A stretch of DNA of 64,000 nucleotides, from contig OZ025648.1 of assembly GCA_964019335.1 (NCBI GenBank), positions 682,001 through 746,000 on the forward strand, given 5' to 3'. Positions 48,172 through 58,055 of this stretch are shown here, in pieces. The DNA comes from Diplonema japonicum (lineage: Eukaryota; Protista; Euglenozoa: Diplonemea). Under the pieces are notes generated by a model. That model saw only the letters and a program-made list of their open reading frames with translations. It did not search any database and was not told the origin of the DNA. Position 1 is the first letter of the stretch; each line of letters begins with the position of its first letter. The translations under genes were made by a program, and so were the position numbers.

Positions 48172-48353
48172 AAAAAACCCCCCTTTAAAAAAAAATATTG
48201 TTTGAGGAGAAAGGATTTTTTAATAAAAAAATGTTAATCTCCCTTTCATTTTTTTTTTAAACAGACGAGTGTCTTTTATTTGTTTGGCATGCAGCCTTCG
48301 TCTCAGGGAGCTTGCATGTTCATTTGAGTTTTTTTTGATTTTTTTTTTTTTTT

Positions 48354-48549
48354 GCTGGAACAGGTAAACAAATTTTTGAAAAGAATTGTTATTGCAAAAA
48401 AGAGTAGAGGCAGCTTGCCCGTTTACCCCTACTGTAGGTGAAAACAGCTTGCACAAACAAAAATGGCTTGCGCAGACACGTCGACCCGTCGGAGTTGTCG
48501 GTTATACTATACCCGGAGGGGGCCCGACTTGCACAAACAATCAGCCGAC
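48354..48549 (+). mobile_element. Short element family D, copy 2, inside a T-tract
   Basis: Reverse-complement match to 56691-56799 and direct match to 41805-41970. Absent from the paralogous T-tract downstream of amastin-like A2. Confidence 0.7.
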
Positions 48550-49125
48550 TTTTTTTTTTTTTTTTTTTTTTTTTTACGTATGATCCCCCCTCCCTTGTGG
48601 GGGAAAACCGTTTAGATATTACCCCCTTTTCTTTCCCTTTCCCCTGTTCAGCTTCTTTCCTCTCTTTAGCTTGAGTATCCATTTTAACAAGTACTTCGAT
48701 TTCTGTATATTAAACCTTGAATATAAAACAAAAGGGTTTTTTCTTGCCCCTCGCCTCGCAACTGGCTACGATTTGACTCGAAGCAAGGAGTGTTTTTTGT
48801 AATGTTCTCTAACTCAAACCAAAAAATAAACATGGGAAAAAAAAAGAATACAAAAATCACTATTTTTGCAAATATTTGGGCGACTACGACATACCCGAGA
48901 TTTCTTTTTCAAAGGTTTTATCTTCTACAGATTTATCCCAACAGAAGTACCGTTTGTATACTCCTTTACGTTTCCCCCTTTATTCTGTTTTTGTACGATT
49001 GATGTACCTACTGCTCCTTGCTCTGCTCTGTGCAAATTATAAAAAAAAAAAAAAAGCGGGAAGAAGAAGAAAACGAGAACAAGGTCGCAACCACTACGCT
49101 TTGGATCTAGGGAAAAAAAAAGGGG

Positions 49126-49178
<53 letters not shown>

Positions 49179-49222
49179 ATACTCACATATCAAACGCTCC
49201 CAAGTTGAATATGTTTTTTTTT

Positions 49223-49671
49223 GGGGGGCCAATGTTTCCAACCTCCCTGTGGTGGTTCCTGGTAATTGTGGTTTGGAGAAACACAAGCGAAAGGGAAACT
49301 CTCGTTCTAAAGCCGTACACGTGGGGAAACCTGGACGGGGGTGGAGAGCCCACCCTACGCGTGGTGCCAGTTAGCATCGCCCTCAACGGAGAGTCCCTTA
49401 TCCCATTACATCGAACAAGGAGGTGGCTTCACCAGGTCAGGCAAGTAGCCTCCCCGCGGCATCGTGCCAGTGAAGCAAGCCTCCCACAACTCTCCAGTTG
49501 GTGTTTAATTGCTTCTGTGGCCCCTCTCCCTATTTCAATTTCCAAGCTTTCTTTACCTCTCCACTTTTACTTTCTACGGGACCACAGGGGACTTGGGAGG
49601 CTTCGGGGCAAAGTTTCACAAGGGTGGCCGCTATGTCACATACTGCATGGCACCACTAAAATCGAGACAAC
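49223..49671 (+). mobile_element. Structured SINE-like element family C, long copy, T-tailed
   Basis: The 3' ~165 nt recur at 53962-54125 with the same end (ATCGAGACAAC + Tn). T-tracts on both sides. Confidence 0.7.
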
Positions 49672-50053
49672 TTTTTTTTTATTTTTTTATAATTCTCAAA
49701 CCGGCAAGACCCGTAAGGGAAAATGTCGGATCCGTTATTCCATTACGATATTTTTCTTGAGAAGGAGGTCCCGAAAAGAAAAGGAGTTCCCCCCCCCCTC
49801 GGTGAGCACCCACCCGCGCATCGAAATTTATCAAAATTTATTTTTCTCTCCCCTCACCCTCTTTTTCCAAGTATGGCACCCAACTAACTCCTTAGAGCAG
49901 TTGTGCGTTCAGTGTGCCCCCCACGCCTTCCTGATCGCAATCCAATGAAGTGGGCTTGTCTTAGATTTTCTCAAAAAAAAAAAAAAAGACACGCATATCT
50001 TCCCCCCACAGCTTCTAAATCTTACACAAACAAAAAAAAAAAAAAAAGAGAAA

Positions 50054-50680
50054 ATGGTCGCTGCAAAGCTCTTCATCAAGGCAGGACTGTCGGTGCTTGT
50101 GCTGGTGTTTCTCATTGTGGTGGTTGCGACACCATCTCTGTACGAGGTTACTCAGCAATCGGCAGGCAATTACCAGAGTGGCCTTGATTGGAAGATAAAG
50201 ATGGGTGTCACAAAGTCGGAAAAAGTACGGGGGCAAAGCCTTTGGGAGCACACCGATGACAACTGCAACACAAAGGCCCTGCATTCTGGGATGCAGGCTG
50301 CTGTGTACATCAGTCTTGCAAGCGTCATCGTAGCTGTGCTAGCGACTGTGGGGGGTTACTTCACTGGGAACGGTGTGCTGCGTGTTGTCGGGACTGTCTT
50401 TGAAGTGATCCAGCTTGTTGGCTTGACCCTCTTCGTTGCTGCTGTGATTGTGTATTTCAAGGTGAGGTTCAACTGCCAGTGGGAGAGTTACAACGCTACC
50501 TCTGAGATCTCCGACGGTGGCAGCCTCATCTACGGTTTCTACCTGTCGTGTGCCGCCCTTGTTCTGTCCATTGCCTCTGTGGCCATCCGTCCTGGTACCA
50601 ACCATCAGGTTCACGATTCTTCGAAAACCGCGAATTTGAACAATGATATGGAGATGAGGCACACAGTCCACACAGTTTGA
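50054..50680 (+). CDS. Amastin-like tetraspan protein, family A copy 2
   Basis: Near-identical to 47542-48171 except in the extracellular loops. Confidence 0.7.
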   Translation: MVAAKLFIKAGLSVLVLVFLIVVVATPSLYEVTQQSAGNYQSGLDWKIKMGVTKSEKVRGQSLWEHTDDNCNTKALHSGMQAAVYISLASVIVAVLATVGGYFTGNGVLRVVGTVFEVIQLVGLTLFVAAVIVYFKVRFNCQWESYNATSEISDGGSLIYGFYLSCAALVLSIASVAIRPGTNHQVHDSSKTANLNNDMEMRHTVHTV

Positions 50681-51132
50681 AAACGCTCCATATTTTTTAG
50701 GCGATCCTGTCACATACTGCAGGTTCCCTTCAAAGACATCTTTTTTTTTCCAATTTTTCTTTTTCTGAGCTCCACCCCGCACACCAAAATTTATCAAATT
50801 TTCTTTTTTTTTTTTTTTTCTTCTTCCAAATACTGTTGGAGGAGAAGGGATTCCTTTTTTAATTCAAAAAGGAAAAAATGTTCCAAAAAATCTCCCTTAC
50901 AATATTTTTTTTTTTTTAAACTACTAACTTTTTTTTATGTGATTTAGTGTTTAAAAAAAAAAAGGGAAAAAAAAAAAAAAAAAAGGACGAAGAAGAAAAA
51001 AGGAAATGTGATTCCATGACAATTTTATTATTGTGTGTGTTTTTTTTCTCTTTTTTTTTTCCCCGCATCTTTCGTCTCAGGAAGCTTGCATTTGAGTTTT
51101 TTTTCTCTTTTTTTTTTTGTCCTGCCTCGGAT

Positions 51133-51172
<40 letters not shown>

Positions 51173-51176
<4 letters not shown>

Positions 51177-51502
51177 GTGGTGGGGATAACATGAAAATAT
51201 AAGAAAAACATCAGATGTGTTGTTCGCTGTTGACCTCCTCGTCGGTCATCACCGGTAGCGCCCGAGTGGAAGAACGTAGCGCAGATGCTCAGGGTGACGA
51301 ACAGGCAGCAAACTGCACGAGCGCAGAATCTTGGTTACCCGGGACGCACCGGCTGGGGTTGAGCTGTACACCGCACGCATTAAGGACACGACGCGGAACG
51401 CAGAAGAAGCTACTGCTCGGCCGAGGAGCGCCCCCTGTAATCAAGTAGACAGTTCTTGTGCAGGGCGCCGCCAACACCGGCCTCCTTTAACTCATGTATA
51501 TA
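51173..51502 (+). mobile_element. Unclassified GC-rich insertion, possibly a decayed retroelement 3' end
   Basis: Lies between T-tracts and is absent from the paralogous A1 downstream region. It has only weak, broken resemblance to a restriction-like endonuclease tail. Confidence 0.3.
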
Positions 51503-51512
51503 TTTTTTTTTT

Positions 51513-52373
51513 CACAAGGGTTCAGGTGCGACCTGTGTGAATCACCGTACCCGGACACGGTAACCCTACTCCGCCATCAACTCTACGAGTGTGCCTGCGC
51601 ACAGGAAGAGCTAGCACAGGACGGCTTGGAACCACTGCGCAACAGGACAGGATGGCCCCTGTGTCTGGAATTGCACGCGATTCTGCCGAGAGGACATGAC
51701 TTTGCGTACCTAGAGAAGCTGCAACGATACTTAGCCGTGGTGGTTGAGAAACGAGACGTAGAGCTCATGCAGAAGGAGGATGTCAACACACAGCCGCTAC
51801 CGTGGATACGAAATGTGGTAGGTAAGAAATGCCCCGTTCCGATAGCGGGCGAGCTCGAAGGAGTGAGCGGGGTCCTGTCCCAGTACCTGAACCCGCTGCT
51901 ACAATGGTTGTCACAACTGCGCTGGGTGGAGAAGGACACCACCTCGGAGGTGTCGGCGGTGGAACTGGCCATTGACTTCGAATGGACGACCGGAAAGTCT
52001 TTGGGAGGCCTGCTGGAAGATAGGGCGCGCAGAATCAAAGCTCTCATCGTAAAGATAAACACAGCATGCAGGGCACGGAAGAAGCGACGCCCCTTCCTAG
52101 CGGACGAGAGAAAAAGAGTGAAGTCCCTCATCGCCATTGGAGGAAAGGCAGCTATTGGTTTCTCCAGGAGGCCTATTTTCGCCACCCGGTCCACGCACGA
52201 CAAGCTAATGGAATTGAAAGCCGACTACAAGCGGGACCGCATCACACGACTCCGCAAGACGCTCACGGCCTCAATCGGAATGAAAGCAATGCTCCAGAAG
52301 GGGAGTATTAACAGATAGACCCCCCCCTCCCATAGGGCGGCCCTCTAGCGGGGGGCTTGTCCTGTACTTTGAG
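51513..52373 (+). mobile_element. 5'-truncated non-LTR retrotransposon family A, copy 1 (ORF stop 52318), oligo-T tail
   Basis: Open frame with a CCHC-type knuckle CDLC-x11-H-x4-C (CDLCESPYPDTVTLLRHQLYEC), typical of LINE ORF2 C-termini. It shares its 3' end (...CTGTACTTTGAG + Tn) with two other copies that have different 5' truncation points. Confidence 0.8.
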
Positions 52374-53108
52374 TTTTTTTTTTTGCGCACGATCTCCCCT
52401 CCCATGGGTCTATGCTCGGAAAAAAAAAAAAAAAAAAAAAGGGAAACGGATACGGATACGGAAACATTTTCCTTACTTTGGGGCCGTTTCCATAAAGAAT
52501 TTTGAAAATAAGGAAAAGTTTCCTGCCAGCATAGCCCTGGGTGGGGGGGGGGGGGGCGTTAGAATTACCCCCTCCTTTTTTGTCCTTGTTTTCCTTTCCC
52601 CTCTTCAGCTTCTTTCCTCTCTTTTAGTTTGAGTATCCGTTTTAACAAGTACTTCGATTTCTGTATATTAAACCTTGAATAAAAATAAGGGGGTTTTTTT
52701 GCCCCCCCCCCCCCCTCGCAATTAGGCTTTAACGCGATACGAGGAGGGTATTTTGTAATGTTTCCTATTTCTAATGAGGAAGAATGCGATTGCAAAAACC
52801 AATTTTTTTTTTCTTTGCAGATATTTGGGTCCGTTTCAATATAACATTTTTGAGGGCTTCCCGAAGTAACTGGAAGAATTCGCTCGTACCAATAGTGCTT
52901 TTTTTTTTTTTTCTCTTTTTTTTTCTTATGTTCTTTTATTCTTCCCTACCCAACACTAACTCCTTAGAGCAGTTGGGGCCTGCCTTCGATTTTCTCAAAA
53001 AAAAAAAAAAAAGAAAAAAAAAAAAAAACCAACTTATTATTCGATACGGAACATTAAGCATCTCAAAAGGGAAAAAAAGAAAAAGAAACAAAAAAGAAAA
53101 AAAGAAAA

Positions 53109-53752
53109 ATGGCCGGTATTATTAAAATTGCTGCAAAAGGTGTGCTCTCCTTGGTAGCGTTGATCATGCTGGTGGTGGCTATTGCGACGCCATCCCTGTA
53201 CACTTTCGATGGGACGGGGAGTAAGACGGTTGGTTTGGGTATCTTGAAATCCGATAAAGTTGGGACCATTGACGTGTGGGAGCAATATGAGGAACTCTGC
53301 GGCAGTATTAAGACGATGCACACCATTTTGAAAGCCGCAGCTTTTATCAGCTTGGCAGGGGTTATCTGTGGGCTTGGTTCGACGATGGCAGCCTACTTCA
53401 CCGGCAACAGCACGCTTGGCCTTGTTGGCACTATTTCCGAAATTGTTCAAATTATTGGTTTCTCAGTCTCGATTGCAATTGCCCTCCTTATTTCTACCCA
53501 GAGCACGGTTGCGATGGGGGTTTAAAAGCACAGTTTAGTAAAGCTGACGGCAGTGCTCTTGGTTACGGGTTTTACATGCTCTGTGTTGGGCTTGTTCTTG
53601 TCATCGTCAATGTGTGCATCCGTACAGGGTCGAAGGACTCTGCCAACAACTCTGGTAACAACCCCAACCCCAACAACTACCAAAGCTACAACTATGGGGC
53701 ACAGACGAACGCAGCAACACCAGGTGCCGAGATGCAATTTCAGACTGCTTAA
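53109..53752 (+). pseudogene. Amastin-like tetraspan family B copy 1 with a single 1-nt frameshift near 53491 (pseudogene or homopolymer error)
   Basis: Aligns with 57423-58055. Adding one T in TATTTCTAC restores FYPEHGCDGGLKAQFSKADGSALGYGFYMLC...EMQFQTA*. Confidence 0.7.
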
Positions 53753-53798
53753 ATAAAAATAAAAAGAAAGCAAAATGAAATAATTAACTATTTATTTA

Positions 53799-53923
53799 GT
53801 GAATATAGCGTGGTGGCAGTGGTTTTAATGAGTGAGGCAACTTTGTCACGAGCGAAGCGAGTGTTATAACGTTTAATGAGTCAAAACTGCCACCACAAGT
53901 GAAATCATCAATCTTATATTCAC
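53799..53923. mobile_element. Palindromic non-autonomous element (Crypton-like architecture)
   Basis: Nested inverted repeats GTGAATATA/TATATTCAC and GTGGTGGCAGT/ACTGCCACCAC around a central CGAGCGAAGCGAG. Confidence 0.5.
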
Positions 53924-53951
53924 AAAAAATAAAAAAGAATCTTATTTTTTT

Positions 53952-54125
53952 GGCCGAGTGCATTGCTTCTGTGGCCCCTCTCCCTATTTCAATTTCCAAG
54001 CTTTCTTTACCTCTCCACTTTTACTTTCTACGGGGCCACAGGGGACTTGGGAGGCTTCGGGGCGAAGCTTCACAAGGGTGGCCACTGTGCCACATACTGC
54101 ATGGCACCACTGGTATCGAGACAAC
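53952..54125 (+). mobile_element. SINE-like family C, short 5'-truncated copy
   Basis: Matches 49508-49671; T-tracts on both sides. Confidence 0.7.
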
Positions 54126-54368
54126 TTTTTTTTTCTTCTTTTTTTCTTTTGTTACAAAATATTTATCTTTCAAAAAATGATTTTATAACTATATGCAACT
54201 TGTGCCGAGCAAAAAACTTTCGCAGCTTTTTAAAAACCTTTTTTGCTCGTGCGAACAACGAAGACATGTAGTCACAAAGAATTATTTTTTTTATGCGGAG
54301 ACTTTTTTTATCAGGAATAATTATGTATTCTTCTTTTACCCCCCCTCACCTTTCATCATTCTTTTTTT

Positions 54369-55370
54369 GGGTGATCGCCGGAGGGGTCCCCTACCTTAGC
54401 CCGCATGCAGGTACGAGTCAAAGGAGCGTCCCCCTGGCACCAGAAGGAGATGGCACCGAGGAAGACGGGGACAGCATAGACCACGTCCCAACGACGGAAG
54501 TACCACGCACACAAGGGTTCAGGTGTGACCTGTGTGAGTCACCACACCCGGACACGGTAACCTTACTACGCCATCAGCTTTACGAGTGTGCCTGCGCACG
54601 GGACGAGCTGGCACAGGACGGTTTGGAACCGCTGCGCGACAGGACGGGATGGCCCCTGTGTCTTGAGCTACACGCAATACTGCCGAGAGGACATGCCTTT
54701 GCATACCTGGAAAAACTGCAACGATACTTGGCCGTGGTGGTTGAGAAGCGGGACGTGGAGCTCGTGCAGAAGGAGGACGTCAACACACAGCCGCTACCGT
54801 GGGAACGAAATGTAGTAGGAAAGAGATGCCCCGTTCCGATAGCAGGCGAGCTCGAGGGAGTGGGTGGGGTCCTGTCCCAGTACCTGAACCCGCTGCTACA
54901 ATGGTTGTCACAGCTGCGCTGGGTGGAGAAGGACACCGCCTCGGAGGTGTCGGCGGTGGAGCTAGCCATTGACTTCGAATGGACGACCGGTAAATCATTA
55001 GGAGGCCTGCTGGAAGATAGGGCACGCAGAATCAAGGCCCTAATCGTAAAGATAAACGCAGCGTGCAGGGCACGGAAGAAGCGACGCCCCTTCCCAGCGG
55101 ATGAGCAGAAAAGGGTGAAATCCCTCATCGCCATAGGAGGAAAGGCAGCTATAGGCTTCTCCAGGAGGCCCATTTTTGCTACCCAGTCCACGCACGACAA
55201 GCTGATGGATTTGAAGGCCGCCTACAAGCGGGATCGCATCACACGACTCCGCAAGACGCTCACAGCCACAATCGGGATGAAAGCAATGCTCCAGAAGGGG
55301 AGTATTAACAGATAGACCCCCCCCTCCCATAGGGCGGCCCTCTAGCGGGGGGCTTGTCCTGTACTTTGAG
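54369..55370 (+). mobile_element. 5'-truncated non-LTR retrotransposon family A, copy 2 (ORF stop 55315)
   Basis: Homologous to copy 1 with many synonymous differences and an intact frame. It extends ~140 nt further 5'. T7 precedes it and T9 follows. Confidence 0.8.
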
Positions 55371-55379
55371 TTTTTTTTT

Positions 55380-55466
55380 CAGGGAACGCCCCCAAAAGGG
55401 GAGCATCATAAGGTTGGCACGCCGCCGCGGCGGGCCGTTGCTAACCACTTCGTTCATTACAGTGAA
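55380..55466 (+). mobile_element. Retroposon family B, extreme 3' fragment inserted at the T-tail of family A copy 2
   Basis: Near-identical to 60991-61079. Confidence 0.75.
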
Positions 55467-55527
55467 TTTTGTGTTGTGACAATCGTTTATGCCGTTTCTT
55501 TTTTATCCCCTTTCTTTTTTATACAAA

Positions 55528-55563
<36 letters not shown>

Positions 55564-55623
55564 CCTTTTTTTTTTGTTACAAATATATTTATCTTTCAAA
55601 AAAAAAAAAAGATTTTATAACTA

Positions 55624-55859
55624 CCGTATTTGTATTTATTTGTTCCGTTTTTAATAATGGTCGTGTAAATTTAATGTACTGTATAGATTATGTACCTTTT
55701 TCGGATTTTGGACGCGACTTGGGACTTTTTACAGAACAAAATGCAAAAATTCTTTTTAGGCCCCGCCTCCCATAAGGCATCCCTCTAGCGGGGGCTTGTC
55801 CCGTACTTTGAGTTTTTATTTTTTTTTTACATAACATAACAAAATAAGTACAAATCCGG
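55624..55859. mobile_element. Tc1/mariner/pogo-type MITE with TA target-site duplication
   Basis: TA|CCGTATTTGTATTTATTTGTT ... AACAAAATAAGTACAAATCCGG|TA. The empty site AAC-TA-TATGCAAC is present in the paralogous block at 54187-54199. Confidence 0.85.
55758..55812 (+). mobile_element. Retroposon family A 3'-UTR-only fragment nested in the MITE
   Basis: CCTCCCATAAGGC..CCCTCTAGCGGGGGCTTGTCCCGTACTTTGAG + T-tract. Confidence 0.7.
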
Positions 55860-56209
55860 TATATGCAACTTGTGCCGAGCAAAAATTTTCGCAGCATTTT
55901 GAAAACCTTTTTTGCTCGTGCGAACAACAAAGACATGTAGTCATAAAGAATTATTCTTCCCTTTTTTCTCTCTTGAGAAGTGAACACTTCTCTGCGTACT
56001 GAAATTTTATCGAATTCTTTTCCCCCTTCTCCTTCCCCTTCTTTAAAGGGCTCAAGTGCTTGTGCGCACCGGGAAAAAAAAAAAAAAAAGAAAAAGAAAA
56101 CAAAGATATTGCCCGTGATAAATCTTTTTTTCTTCTCGTCCTTTTCTTCCTCTCTTCTCCCCGTATTTACAGAAAGGGAATAAAAAAGAAGAAAAAAAAA
56201 GGGGGGGGA

Positions 56210-56797
56210 AAGCAACACCTTATCGAGGGTGGAGCCGTTTTTTTCCCTTTTTTTTTCTCTTTTTTTTCTTCCCATATCTTCCCTTTTGTTTTGTTCTCCC
56301 AGAAAACTGGAGGCGAAGGCCCCTTGCTTTTCCTTCTTCCCAAGGAAGAAAAAGCAATAATTGGCTAATTTACCTACCAACCGAAAATATAGCGGTAAAA
56401 GTAGTCTTGTTTCGCAAACCCGTCGCCCTTTCCTCATTTTTCTTCTTCTTCTTTTTTTCTTTCTCATTATTCGCAAAAGAAAAAGAAAAATGGGGAGGGG
56501 AACATGGTACCAGTTAATGAAACATGGGGAAAACCAAACCTGAAACATGAAGTGGGGAAAAAAAAATACAAAAAAAACAAAAAAAATCGAATGTTGTTTT
56601 TGTTTTGTATAAATTCCCTTTGCTAACTCACTGTTTGTCTTACTTTGTTTCTCCCCCAATACAAACAAAAAAAAAAAGAAAAAGAAAAAGAGTCGGTTGA
56701 TTGTTTGTGCACAGACGGGCTTAACCTGTAGAAGGATAAGCCACTACTCTTTTTAGCAATAACAATTCATTATCAATATATTGGTTTTCTTGTTCAT

Positions 56798-56838
<41 letters not shown>

Positions 56839-56960
56839 AGAACAGTGCGAATCAGAGCAAATAAGAATGCTGTAGTTCGCAATATGAAAGGCCACCACCA
56901 CCACCACCACCACTACCACTTTGTTTCATGATAAACAGAAACGCTTGATGTTTTATTCGA
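56210..56960 (+). repeat. Duplicated intergenic/UTR block (paralog at about 58470-59310)
   Basis: Shared anchors AACTGGAGGCGAAG, AAAGCAATAATT, TTGCTAACTCACTGTTTGTCTTACTTT, and GAGCAAATAAGAATGCTGTAGTTCGCAATATGAAAGGC. Confidence 0.8.
56691..56799 (-). mobile_element. Short element family D, copy 3, inverted, inside an A-tract
   Basis: Reverse complement of the ends of 48354-48549. The paralogous site at about 59173-59200 is an A-rich tract without the element. Confidence 0.75.
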
Positions 56961-57422
56961 TTTCCGTTCTCCACCTAGCCCTCTGGGAAAGGGGGACCTC
57001 TTCCGCTTGCTTTTTTTTTTCTCCCTCCCCTTCTTTTATACTATTTTTTGTGTTTGTTACAATGGAAGCCCTTTACCGGGGGGGGGGGGGGGGGGGGGAG
57101 GACATCTGTTCAGTTGTCAGGGGGGGTAATTGATTTTTCGAAATTTGACATGATTGCCACCTTCCTCCAATGTGGCTTCCATCGGCTAGCCTATGCGGTT
57201 ATCCTCTTCCCCCCACACAGAACAGCGGGGGGCTGAAGACGTTTTGAGCACTTTGAAAGCTAAGGGCCTAATTCGGGCATTTAAAAACCTGGGAGTTGAC
57301 TTTGAGCATTTCTAAAACTTAGGGGTCAAGTAAGCACTCCACCCCAAAAAAAAAAAGAAAGAAAAAAAAAAGTTCTTACATTTTTATTTCACTCTCTTTC
57401 TCAAAAAAAAAAAAAAAAGAAA

Positions 57423-58055
57423 ATGGCCGGTATTATTAACATTGCTGCAAAAGGTGTGCTCTCCTTGGTAGCGTTGATCATGCTGGTGGTGGCTATTGCG
57501 ACGCCATCCCTGTACACTTTTGATGCGGGAAAGACGGTAGGTATGGGTATCTTGAAATCCGATAAAGTTGGGACCATTGACATATGGGAGCAATATGAGG
57601 AACTCTGCAGCGATATTAAGACGATGCACACCATTTTGAAAGCCGCAGCTTTTATCAGCTTGGCAGGGGTTATCTGTGGGCTTGGTTCGACGATGGCAGC
57701 CTACTTCACCGGCAACAGCACACTCGGCCTTGTTGGCACTATTTTCGAAGTTGTTCAAATTGTTGGTTTCTCGGCCTCGATTGCAGTTGCTCTCCTTATA
57801 TACCTCCCGGAACACAGTTGCGATGGGGAATTAAAAATAAAGCTTAGTGACGGTAAAGGAAGTGCTCTCGGTTTCGGGTTTTACATGCTCTGTGTTGGGC
57901 TTGTTCTTGTCCTCATCAATGTGTGCGTCCGTGCAGGGTCGAAGGACTCCGCCAACATCAACAACAACAACAACAACTACCAAAGCTACAACGATGGGGC
58001 ACAGACGAACACTGCACAGGGCGGCACCGAGATGCAATATCACCAGACTGTTTAA
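57423..58055 (+). CDS. Amastin-like tetraspan protein, family B copy 2
   Basis: Four TM segments and VVAIATPSLY. AAAFISLA and YFTGN are shared with family A. Confidence 0.7.
   Translation: MAGIINIAAKGVLSLVALIMLVVAIATPSLYTFDAGKTVGMGILKSDKVGTIDIWEQYEELCSDIKTMHTILKAAAFISLAGVICGLGSTMAAYFTGNSTLGLVGTIFEVVQIVGFSASIAVALLIYLPEHSCDGELKIKLSDGKGSALGFGFYMLCVGLVLVLINVCVRAGSKDSANINNNNNNYQSYNDGAQTNTAQGGTEMQYHQTV

Noticed and set aside
49590-49612. ACTTGGGAGGCT resembling 7SL/Alu
   Set aside because: Too short, and the rest of the element shows no SRP RNA features I can recognise.
49881-49903. AACTAACTCCTTAGAGCAGTTG (also about 52956) as a spliced-leader start
   Set aside because: It is better explained as a CTAAC branch point plus AG acceptor conserved upstream of duplicated amastin-like genes.
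52358-52373. The family A 3' end TGTCCTGTACTTTGAG resembles the euglenozoan spliced-leader 3' part (TTTCTGTACT...)
   Set aside because: The match is only ~9 nt, and there is no SL exon 5' part, donor GT or SL RNA gene context, so SL targeting (SLACS/CRE-style) is unsupported.
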